Notes under the pieces: model-generated | Told to the model about the DNA's origin: nothing | The model's input: the letters and a program-made list of their open reading frames with translations, nothing else | Database searches by the model: none | Part shown: positions 8,920 to 16,635 of the stretch, piece by piece | How positions within the stretch are numbered: the first letter of the stretch is position 1 | Layout of the letters: each line of letters starts with the position of its first letter | Position numbers and translations under genes: made by a program | Source: Rickettsiales bacterium | GTDB taxonomy: Bacteria; Pseudomonadota; Alphaproteobacteria; Rickettsiales; UBA1997 | Length of the DNA stretch: 26,101 nucleotides | NCBI GenBank assembly: GCA_047627095.1 | Contig: JBLHSZ010000001.1 | Coordinates: 1-26,101 of the forward strand | Direction of reading: 5' to 3'

Positions 8920-10323
8920 ATGATAAATCAAAATTTCGACCTAGTAATTATCGGTGGCGGCCCAGGTGGCTATGTAGCAGCAATCAGAGCAGCCCAGCTT
9001 GGTCTTAAAGTAGCATGTGTTGAAACTCGTAAAACACTCGGTGGAACTTGTTTGAATGTTGGTTGCATTCCTTCAAAAGCGCTTTTGGAAGTATCTCATA
9101 AATTTCATGATGCCGAGCATTTTGCTGATCTTGGAATTGAAACTTCAAAACCGAAAATTGATGTTAAGAAATTGATTTCTAACAAAGATAAAATTGTTGA
9201 AGGTTTGACTAGTGGAATTGCTGGTTTGTTCAAGAAAAACAAAGTTACTTTAATTAACGGTTTTGGTAAGTTTTTGGATAAAAACACTGTTGAAGTTTCT
9301 TTGGAAGATGGAAAAAAAGAAAAAATTTCAGCTAAAAACTTCATTATTGCAACTGGATCAGAAGTTACTGATCTTCCGGGTGTTGAAATTGACGAAAAAG
9401 TAATCGTTTCTTCAACTGGTGCGCTTGATTTGACTGCTGTTCCTAAAAAATTATTAGTAATTGGTGCCGGTGTTATTGGTTTGGAAATGGCCTCAGTTTG
9501 GGGACGTTTTGGCTCTGAAATTGAAGTTGTTGAATATTTAGATAAAGTTACTCCAACAATGGACGGTGAAATTTCTAAACAATTTAAAAGAATTTTAGAA
9601 AAACAAAAGTTCAAATTCCGTCTTTCAACGAAAGTTGTTTCTGTGAAGAAAGGAAAATCTGGAGCAATTGTTGAAGTTGAACCTTCAGCTGGCGGTAAAA
9701 AAGAAACAATAGAAGCTGATGTGGTTTTGGTTGCTATTGGTAGAAAACCAAATACTGCAAATATTGGCTTGGATAAAGTTGGGATTGAAACTGACAAGCG
9801 TGGTTTTATCCCAAATAATCATCTTAAAACTTCAGTAGATAATATTTATGTTATTGGCGATTGCACAACTGGACCAATGTTGGCTCACAAAGCTGAAGAT
9901 GAAGGTATGGCAGTTGCAGAAATTATTGCGGGTGGCGCAGGCCATATCAATTATGATTGTATTCCTAATGTGATTTATACTTATCCAGAAATTGCTTCAG
10001 TTGGAAAAACCGAAGAAGAATTGAAAGCTGCAGGAATTGCTTACAATGTGGGAAAATTCCCAATGATGGCCAATTCAAGAGCTAGAGCAACAGGTGATGC
10101 GGAAGGATTTGTTAAGCTTCTTGCTTGCAAAACTACTGACAAAATTATCGGTGCTCACATTATCGGTAGAGAAGCTGGAAATATGATTCATGAAATTGTT
10201 GTGGCTATGGAATTTGGCGGATCTGCTGAAGATATTGCTAGAACTTGTCATGCTCATCCAACTTACAATGAAGCGGTTAAAGAAGCTGCTCTTGCTGTTG
10301 ATAAGCGTCCGATCCATATGTAA
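8920..10323 (+). CDS. lpdA: Dihydrolipoamide dehydrogenase (E3)
   Basis: IGGGPGGYVAAIRAAQLG, redox disulfide GGTCLNVGCIPSK, GAGVIGLE, MLAHKAEDEG and C-terminal HAHPTYNE. Confidence 0.97.
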   Translation: MINQNFDLVIIGGGPGGYVAAIRAAQLGLKVACVETRKTLGGTCLNVGCIPSKALLEVSHKFHDAEHFADLGIETSKPKIDVKKLISNKDKIVEGLTSGIAGLFKKNKVTLINGFGKFLDKNTVEVSLEDGKKEKISAKNFIIATGSEVTDLPGVEIDEKVIVSSTGALDLTAVPKKLLVIGAGVIGLEMASVWGRFGSEIEVVEYLDKVTPTMDGEISKQFKRILEKQKFKFRLSTKVVSVKKGKSGAIVEVEPSAGGKKETIEADVVLVAIGRKPNTANIGLDKVGIETDKRGFIPNNHLKTSVDNIYVIGDCTTGPMLAHKAEDEGMAVAEIIAGGAGHINYDCIPNVIYTYPEIASVGKTEEELKAAGIAYNVGKFPMMANSRARATGDAEGFVKLLACKTTDKIIGAHIIGREAGNMIHEIVVAMEFGGSAEDIARTCHAHPTYNEAVKEAALAVDKRPIHM

Positions 10324-10387
10324 GTTTTATTTGTTATTTTAAATAAACTTATTTTAAAAATAATTTTTAACTTCAGAGAAAATAAAA

Positions 10388-11212
10388 ATGACTGATTTTA
10401 TTAATGAGAATACTATCAATAGCGCAATTATGCTTGGTAAAAATATTGCTCTGGCTTTAATTATTTTTTGGGTTGGAAAATTTTTTGCTAAAAAAATCAT
10501 TAATTGCATCAGAAAATCATTAATTACCAAGAATGTTGACGAAACTTTAGCAAAGTTTTTAAGCAATATCCTTTATGGATTGCTGATTGCTTTCATCGCG
10601 ATTGCTGCTTTGGGACAGCTTGGAATTCAAACTACCTCACTTGCTGCGATTCTTGCTGCTGTTGGTTTGGCAATTGGCTTGGCTCTTCAAGGTTCGCTTT
10701 CTAATATTGCTTCTGGCGTGATGATTATTTTCTTCAAGCCTTTTAAAATTGGTGATTTGGTAGAATCGGCTGGTGTTTTGGGTCGTATTGAAGAGGTTTC
10801 GATTTTCACAACCACAATCAAAACTGCTGATAATAAAACTATTATTTCGCCAAACTCACTATTAACTTCTGGAAATATCATTAATTATTCTGCCAAAGAA
10901 AGCCGCAGAATCGATATGGTTTTTGGCTGTTCTTATGAAGATGACATTAAGAAAGTTAAGGAAGTTTTGAAAAAAATTATTGCAGATGACAAAAGGGTTT
11001 TAAAAGATCCGGCACCAACAATTGCTGTTTTGGAACTGGCTGACAGCAGTATTAATTTTGCTGTTCGTCCTTGGGTCCTCGAGGATGATTATTGGGGGGT
11101 TTTGTTTGATACGACTGAAAATGTTAAGTTGGAATTTGATAAGCAAGGAATTTCAATTCCTTATCCACAAAGAGATTTAAACATTAAAGGCGGATCTTTA
11201 AAAGCAGATTAG
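10388..11212 (+). CDS. mscS: Small-conductance mechanosensitive channel MscS
   Basis: Three TM segments, pore helix AAVGLAIGLALQGSLSNIASG, KPFKIGD, IINYS...RRIDMVFG and GISIPYPQR. Confidence 0.93.
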   Translation: MTDFINENTINSAIMLGKNIALALIIFWVGKFFAKKIINCIRKSLITKNVDETLAKFLSNILYGLLIAFIAIAALGQLGIQTTSLAAILAAVGLAIGLALQGSLSNIASGVMIIFFKPFKIGDLVESAGVLGRIEEVSIFTTTIKTADNKTIISPNSLLTSGNIINYSAKESRRIDMVFGCSYEDDIKKVKEVLKKIIADDKRVLKDPAPTIAVLELADSSINFAVRPWVLEDDYWGVLFDTTENVKLEFDKQGISIPYPQRDLNIKGGSLKAD

Positions 11213-11236
11213 CACGTTCGTCAATTATTCTTGATT

Positions 11237-11286
11237 TGCAAAATAAAAGAGTTCGCATTAGATATCGCGACCTTTTTTATTTTGCA
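11237..11286. terminator. Probable bidirectional intrinsic terminator between convergent mscS and the repeat-protein gene
   Basis: 20-bp arms TGCAAAATAAAAGAGTTCGC (11237-11256) and GCGACCTTTTTTATTTTGCA (11267-11286) with a 10-nt loop; 18 Watson-Crick pairs, one G-U and one mismatch. The short GC core is flanked by A- and T-runs that give a U-tract on both strands. Confidence 0.7.
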
Positions 11287-11347
11287 CTCTTCGCGAAGGC
11301 GAAGATCTGGTCAATTTCATCAAATTAATCGTTAATATTTGATGGTT

Positions 11348-11773
11348 TTATTTGCGATCAGATCTTTTTCCTGATCTAGTCTCTTTTCTATCACTTCTTT
11401 TATCCGCTCTAGTATCTTTTCTATCACTTCTTTTATCCGCTCTAGTATCTTTTCTATCGCTTCTTTTGTCTGCTCTGTCACTTCTGCGTTCTTGACGGCT
11501 TTCTTTGTGATCAGCTCTTTTATCTGATCGTTTTTCCTGAATTGCAGCTCTTTTGTTTTCCCTTTTTTCTTTGATATTGTCTCTTCTTTCCTGACGATTT
11601 TCTTTCACATCCCCTCTTCTCTCTTGGCGATTTTCTCTGACCTCTGTTCTTTTTTCGCTAATATTCTCTCTTCTTTCCATTCGTTTATCTTTGATGGAGT
11701 CTGATGAATATTGAGCCAACGCTGCAGAAGAAACAAAGGAAAAAAGCAATGAACTTATTAGTATTTTTTTCAT
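11348..11773 (-). CDS. Exported, highly charged 11-residue-repeat protein of unknown function
   Basis: Sec signal MKKILISSLLFSFVSSAALA|Q. The mature 121 aa contain 78 D/E/K/R residues (hand count) arranged in 11-mers such as ENRQERRGDVK and DKRSDRKDTRA. Confidence 0.8.
   Translation of the reverse strand: MKKILISSLLFSFVSSAALAQYSSDSIKDKRMERRENISEKRTEVRENRQERRGDVKENRQERRDNIKEKRENKRAAIQEKRSDKRADHKESRQERRSDRADKRSDRKDTRADKRSDRKDTRADKRSDRKETRSGKRSDRK
11375..11473. repeat. 33-bp in-frame tandem repeat, 3 copies
   Basis: Unit TCTAGTATCTTTTCTATCACTTCTTTTATCCGC at 11408-11440. The copy at 11375-11407 differs at 1 position and the copy at 11441-11473 at 3 positions. Confidence 0.95.
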
Positions 11774-11821
11774 AATATTTTTTATTTGAGTTGAAAAAAT
11801 TGGAATTATTCTAACTCAGAT

Positions 11822-11850
11822 AATATATCATAATTTTCAATGCAGGGCAA
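11822..11850 (-). promoter_or_regulatory. Putative sigma-70 promoter of the repeat-protein gene
   Basis: Minus strand TTGCCC (11850-11845), 17 nt, TATATT (11827-11822), with an extended -10 TG at 11830-11829. Confidence 0.45.
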
Positions 11851-11922
11851 GGAAATGTTTTGAGGTGAGATTTTTTAGAAAATAATTCACTATTAGACAC
11901 TGCTAGTTAACAGCATCTCAAC

Positions 11923-13485
11923 TTAGATAGGTAGATTTTGTAGGGGTGATTTACGATATTTAATCCACATGGAGATGATGGTTCTAGTGAGGATTATTGC
12001 TGAAAACATTGAAGCTAGAATTCCAATTATCAAAGTGACAGCAAAGCCACGAATTGCTCCGCTACCAAAAATATAAAGCAGGCTAGCAATAATTAGAGTT
12101 GTGATATTGGAATCGACAATCGTTCTGAAGGCTTGCGAGAATCCAGTGTCAATTGCTACGATAATTTTTTTGTTGTTAGCTCTGACTTCTTCTTTCATTC
12201 TTTCAAAAATAAGAACATTGGCATCAACTGCCATACCGATTACTAGGATTATGCCGGCAATTCCAGGCAGGGTTAGAGTTGCTCCGAACCAAGATAGGGC
12301 ACTAAGAATCAAAGAAATATTGACCACTAATGCGATATTGGCGATTACTCCAAAAAATCCATAGAATACTACCATAAACAAGGCGACGAGGATAAATCCA
12401 TAAATTGCAGCATTAGTTCCATAGCGAATTGAATCAGCTCCAAGTGAAGGTCCTACCGTTCTTTCTTCCATGATTTTGATTGGCGCAGGAAGAGCTCCGG
12501 CACGAAGCAATAGAGCTAGATTATTGGCATCCTCAGTTGTGAAGCTTCCGGAGATGACCCCTGTTCCACCGGCAATTACTGAATTTATTTTTGGTGCGGT
12601 AATTATTTCTCCATCCAAAACAATGGCAAAAACTCGACCGATGTTGTTGGTGGTGATTTCTGCAAATTTACGAGCGCCAATATAGTTGAATTTGAATGAT
12701 ACCGCTGGTTCACCTTCATAGAAAGTTGCGTTGGCATCGACCAATAGATCTCCTGTTAGAATCGGTGTTTTGTTGATTGAATATCTTCTTCCTTCTGTAT
12801 CTTGAATTCGCCTTATGTCATTGCTGGCACCATGTTCGCTGAACTTGGTATCGAAAGAATCGTTAACTACAAAATGGAAAGTTAGTTTAGCGGTTTTCCC
12901 AAGCAAATCTTTTATTCCTTGTGGATCACTTATTCCTGGAACTTGAAGCAATATTCGGCTCTTTCCTTGCGCTTGAATGATTGGTTCTTTTGTTCCGGTC
13001 TCATCAACTCTGCGGCGGACAATTTCAATTGATTGAGATATTAAGTCCCTTTTTAATTTGATCAGGTGAGAGTCGGAGTAGGATAGGGATATTTTATCGT
13101 CATTTGTGTCGATTTCAATATTTCCGTCAAGTTTACGAATAATTTTTTTTGCTTTTTTGATAGAGGATTCTTCCGAGAAAGTAAAATGAACTTCATCATC
13201 CCTGATATTGGCGATTGAATAAAGACTGTTAGAGATGAATTCTCTTTTTAGTTCGGTAGTCAAATTTCCCAATTGTTCTGCTAGATAATAGTCAAAATCA
13301 ACCTGTAATAAAAGATGCGCCCCGCCACGCAAATCAAGTCCTAAATTTACTTTATCTTTCGGTAAGTATTTATAAGGAAATTCTGATTTTTTGGTTTCTG
13401 AAATAAAATTTGGAAGAGCACAAAACATTGCTACAGCACAAACAATAAGAACCAAAAAAGCTTTTGATGGCGAGAAGCGAAACAT
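11923..13485 (-). CDS. secD: Protein translocase subunit SecD
   Basis: LGLDLRGGAHLLL, IVRRRVDETGTKEP, LLLRAGALPAP, VGPSLGADSI, TLTLPGIAG and GMAVDANVLIFER. Confidence 0.96.
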   Translation of the reverse strand: MFRFSPSKAFLVLIVCAVAMFCALPNFISETKKSEFPYKYLPKDKVNLGLDLRGGAHLLLQVDFDYYLAEQLGNLTTELKREFISNSLYSIANIRDDEVHFTFSEESSIKKAKKIIRKLDGNIEIDTNDDKISLSYSDSHLIKLKRDLISQSIEIVRRRVDETGTKEPIIQAQGKSRILLQVPGISDPQGIKDLLGKTAKLTFHFVVNDSFDTKFSEHGASNDIRRIQDTEGRRYSINKTPILTGDLLVDANATFYEGEPAVSFKFNYIGARKFAEITTNNIGRVFAIVLDGEIITAPKINSVIAGGTGVISGSFTTEDANNLALLLRAGALPAPIKIMEERTVGPSLGADSIRYGTNAAIYGFILVALFMVVFYGFFGVIANIALVVNISLILSALSWFGATLTLPGIAGIILVIGMAVDANVLIFERMKEEVRANNKKIIVAIDTGFSQAFRTIVDSNITTLIIASLLYIFGSGAIRGFAVTLIIGILASMFSAIILTRTIISMWIKYRKSPLQNLPI

Positions 13486-13486
13486 A

Positions 13487-13897
13487 TTATTTTATTTTTT
13501 TGTTAGGTTTTTTAGCGGCAACCTTTTTGGCAGGAGATTTTTTGGCAGCAACATTTTTATCAGCATTAACTACAGAAACGCTTTGTTTAAGGATTTTGAT
13601 TTCAACTCCTTCGGCGATTTCTAATTTCACACTATTGTCTTTATCATCCATTGATTTGATGACACCAAAAATCCCACTAGTTGTTTGAACTTTGTCACCT
13701 TTTTTTAGATCTCCTAAAGTTTTTTGATGTGCTTTCATTTTCTTTTGTTGTGGACGGATCAGTAGAAAATAAAAAACTAAGAAGATTGCAATCAAAGGAA
13801 CGAAGTTTGAAAAACCAACTTCAGAAGTCGCAGCAGCAGCTTCAGTGCCTTGTGCAAAGCTATCTGAAACAAAGATATTAGAAAAGAAATTGGTCAT
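13487..13897 (-). CDS. yajC: Preprotein translocase subunit YajC with Lys/Ala-rich C-terminal tail
   Basis: PLIAIFLVFYFLLIRPQQKKMKAHQ, LKKGDKVQTTSGIFGVI; directly upstream of secD. I place the start at the ATG at 13897 (MTNFFSNIFVSDSFAQ), typical of YajC, not at 13951. Confidence 0.9.
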   Translation of the reverse strand: MTNFFSNIFVSDSFAQGTEAAAATSEVGFSNFVPLIAIFLVFYFLLIRPQQKKMKAHQKTLGDLKKGDKVQTTSGIFGVIKSMDDKDNSVKLEIAEGVEIKILKQSVSVVNADKNVAAKKSPAKKVAAKKPNKKIK

Positions 13898-13992
13898 AAT
13901 ATTTATTTTAATTAAAGGTTGGAAAATGAAGGCGAGAAGACTACTTATCATGAGTTTAAAATCAAGAAACTACTAAAGGTGCCTAAAAATAC

Positions 13993-15282
13993 TTAATTTT
14001 GGGTTTTGCTTCCAATATCTTTTCTGTAGAAACCTTCTTTCCAATCAATCATATCGACTGCTTTGTAAGAATCTGATCTTGCTTGAGCAATATCGTCAGA
14101 TAATGCCACAACACCCAGAACTCTGCCACCATTGGCTAGAGTTTTTGAGCCATCTTTTTTGGTTCCACTGTGGAAAATAATGATATTTTCACCAGATTTT
14201 TCGGCTACATCGAGATTCTTGATTTCACTACCTTTCAGATATGCTTCAGGATAGCCTTTTGTGGCCATAATCACGCAAACGGCCGATTGGTCATGAAATT
14301 CTATTTTTTGATTAATTAAATTTCCTTTCGAAGTTTCTAAGATCAATTCTAATAGATCGGTTTTGAGTCTTGGCAATAGAACCTGAGTTTCTGGATCGCC
14401 AAATCTAGTATTAAATTCCAATAATTTTGGACCATCTTGGGTCAAAATTATTCCTGCGAATAAAATCCCCACGAAAGGAGAGCCTAAATCTTTCATTGCT
14501 CTCATGGTTGGATCAATGAAATTCTTCATTATTTGGGCTTCGGCATCTTTGTCAATAAAAGGTGACGGGCTGTAAGTTCCCATTCCTCCGGTATTGGCTC
14601 CAACATCTCCATCTCCAACTTTTTTATGGTCTCCTGCTGTGCCGAGAATTTTTGCGTTATTGCCATCACAAATGGCGAAGAAACTAACCTCAACACCACT
14701 TAAGAATTCTTCAATAATTAGTGTTTTTCCAGCTTTGCCAAATTTTCCACCAAAAATATCATTAACTGCATTGATTGCAGTTTCTTCGTCAAAAGCGATG
14801 ATCACGCCTTTTCCGGCTGCGATTCCATCAGCTTTGATCACGCAAGGAACTCCAATTTCATCAATATATTTTATTGCGGGGTCAGCATTTTCAAAGGCCT
14901 GATATTTTGCCGTGGGGATTTGATAATCATCACAAACTTTTTTGGTGAATGCTTTTGATCCTTCTAGTTTTGCGGCTTTTTTACTTGGTCCGAAAGCCAG
15001 AATATTGGCCTTTTGTAGATCGTCAACCAAACCATCAATTAAAGATTGTTCTGGACCGATAATAACTAAGTCAATTTTTGTTGCCTGACAAAATTCAATA
15101 ATTTGTTCATGATTGGAAGCATCAATTCCTGTCGCGAGTTGGGCAATTTCTTGTATTTTGGCATTTTGTCCAAGATAAAAAATTTCTCCAAGTAGAGGTG
15201 ATTTTTTAATTTGATGAATGATTGCATGTTCTCTGCCTCCAGAACCAATAACTAAAACTTTATTTTTACTCATTTTACTCAT
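13993..15282 (-). CDS. purD: Phosphoribosylamine-glycine ligase
   Basis: GSGGREHA, KLEGSKAFTK, IKADGIAAGKGV, NTGGMGTYSP, EFNTRFGDPETQ, NGGRVLGV. The start could be the second ATG at 15273 (ATGAGTAAA is duplicated). Confidence 0.97.
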   Translation of the reverse strand: MSKMSKNKVLVIGSGGREHAIIHQIKKSPLLGEIFYLGQNAKIQEIAQLATGIDASNHEQIIEFCQATKIDLVIIGPEQSLIDGLVDDLQKANILAFGPSKKAAKLEGSKAFTKKVCDDYQIPTAKYQAFENADPAIKYIDEIGVPCVIKADGIAAGKGVIIAFDEETAINAVNDIFGGKFGKAGKTLIIEEFLSGVEVSFFAICDGNNAKILGTAGDHKKVGDGDVGANTGGMGTYSPSPFIDKDAEAQIMKNFIDPTMRAMKDLGSPFVGILFAGIILTQDGPKLLEFNTRFGDPETQVLLPRLKTDLLELILETSKGNLINQKIEFHDQSAVCVIMATKGYPEAYLKGSEIKNLDVAEKSGENIIIFHSGTKKDGSKTLANGGRVLGVVALSDDIAQARSDSYKAVDMIDWKEGFYRKDIGSKTQN

Positions 15283-15353
15283 TTTTAACGATTAATATTG
15301 GGGTTCTTTGTGTTGTGTGACGAGTCTCGTGCTATAAAATAAAATTTAATAGC

Positions 15354-15382
15354 TTGATTATTTTGCAGATCAACATTTTAAT
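15354..15382 (+). promoter_or_regulatory. Putative sigma-70 promoter of the phoU operon
   Basis: TTGATT (15354-15359), 17 nt, TTTAAT (15377-15382), ending 32 nt upstream of the phoU ATG. Confidence 0.4.
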
Positions 15383-15414
15383 AACAATGACCCCAACTTA
15401 AATATTTCAAAAAT

Positions 15415-16077
15415 ATGAAAATCAAACAACATACCGTCAAATCTTACGATACAGATTTGCAATCAATTTCTGGAAATTTAGATTATATAGTTGAGCTTCT
15501 GAATCAATCAATATCAATGGTTGAAGAGGTTATTAAAGATCCAAAAAAAAACTTGGTCAAACAGATTGTTGATCATGATTACAAAATCAATCAATTAGAT
15601 AATTTAACTGAAAGAAAAGTTACTGCGATGCTGGCTCTTCGCCAACCAATGGCATTTGATTTGCGTTATGTGGTTTCAGCTCTAAAAGCATCCTCAAACC
15701 TTGAAAGAATGGGCGATAAGTGCAAAAGCATCATCAAAAAAATAGCTCATTTAGATAATGAAATTGATGATAAAACTAAAAGTGCTTTGCTTGAAATGTT
15801 GAAAATTGCCAAAGAAATGACTGTTAAAGCTGTTTTAGCATTCAATGAAAACAACCTTGAAACGGCAAAAGATGTTTTGGAAAAAGATGATGAAATTGAT
15901 AAAATCTACAGAGGATTATTTTCTTTGGCTAAAGGAGAAAGTTTTAATGAGCATCAGGTTCAAAATATTGTCAATATTCTCTTTATTGCAAAAAGCTTCG
16001 AAAGGCTTGCTGATCATGCTTCAAATATCGCTGAAATGGTCGAATATGTAACTAGTGGCGAGATTGTTGAAGAATAG
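15415..16077 (+). CDS. phoU: Phosphate signalling/transport accessory protein PhoU
   Basis: Two PhoU repeats: LALRQPMAFDLR...NLERMGD and DDEID...SFERLADHASNIAE. Confidence 0.93.
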   Translation: MKIKQHTVKSYDTDLQSISGNLDYIVELLNQSISMVEEVIKDPKKNLVKQIVDHDYKINQLDNLTERKVTAMLALRQPMAFDLRYVVSALKASSNLERMGDKCKSIIKKIAHLDNEIDDKTKSALLEMLKIAKEMTVKAVLAFNENNLETAKDVLEKDDEIDKIYRGLFSLAKGESFNEHQVQNIVNILFIAKSFERLADHASNIAEMVEYVTSGEIVEE

Positions 16078-16083
16078 TTTCTA

Positions 16084-16599
16084 ATGAAAACTTTCAAACC
16101 TAATTTATTTATTTTTTCATTCTTATTCCTCTCGCAATTTTTTTCATTGCCAAACAACTCTGCTGCACAAGTTATTGACAGCATGTATTATGGTTGGGTG
16201 GTCTATGAAATAGGTGAGGGAGATGATAGAAAATGTTACACCGCTACCGCACCTCACAAAAGCAATAGTAGTTACACCGGATTTCGGGCTCCGTATCTTG
16301 CTGTTACGCGTTATTACAAAAATCGTAATGAGGAAATAAGTCTTTATTCTGGATATGAATATAAAATCAATAGTGATGTTTATTTGCTGATTGGCGCTCA
16401 TCAAAAAGAGCTTTACACCAAAGATGATATGGCTTGGGCTCAAAGTGATTATGATGATAAAGAAATCATTACCTTGATGCTTAGAAGTGCTTTTGTGAGA
16501 GTCAGAAGCGACTCATCATTTGGAAATTTTGCCATCGATGATTATCAAATAAAGGGCTTTACCAGAGCTTATTCTCGAATGAAAGAATTGTGCGAATAA
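16084..16599 (+). CDS. Exported IalB (invasion associated locus B)-like protein
   Basis: Signal peptide, then YGWVVY...RKCY, SGYEY, LYTKDDMAW, DKEIITLM and DYQIKGFTRAY..MKELC with the typical N-/C-terminal Cys pair. Family assigned from recalled motif pattern only. Confidence 0.7.
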   Translation: MKTFKPNLFIFSFLFLSQFFSLPNNSAAQVIDSMYYGWVVYEIGEGDDRKCYTATAPHKSNSSYTGFRAPYLAVTRYYKNRNEEISLYSGYEYKINSDVYLLIGAHQKELYTKDDMAWAQSDYDDKEIITLMLRSAFVRVRSDSSFGNFAIDDYQIKGFTRAYSRMKELCE

Positions 16600-16635
16600 T
16601 AATACCAAATTCCACCTATAATTCCAAATAAGAAT

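Noticed and set aside
9105-9797. 230-aa antisense ORF inside lpdA, and similar shadow ORFs (978..1214, 2228..2476, 4594..5154, 6635..6952, 12101..12364, 14594..14902, 17771..17995, 23720..23962 and others)
   Set aside because: They lie wholly antisense to well-supported genes, show no recognisable motifs and have the Ser/Ile/Phe/Pro-rich composition expected from reverse-complemented AT-rich codons.
11161-11169. Perfect DnaA box TTATCCACA
   Set aside because: Single copy inside mscS encoding the conserved PYPQ motif; no box cluster or origin context.
11375-11473. 33-bp repeats as a CRISPR array
   Set aside because: The copies are contiguous with no spacers, in frame within a CDS, and there are no cas genes.
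11774-11922. Missing secF after yajC-secD as an anomaly
   Set aside because: secF is also unlinked from yajC-secD in Rickettsia, so this is probably ancestral for the group; kept only as a taxonomic clue.
13898-13951. 18-aa N-terminal extension of YajC from the ATG at 13951
   Set aside because: The downstream ATG at 13897 gives a typical YajC N-terminus after an AT-rich leader; the extension is probably untranslated.
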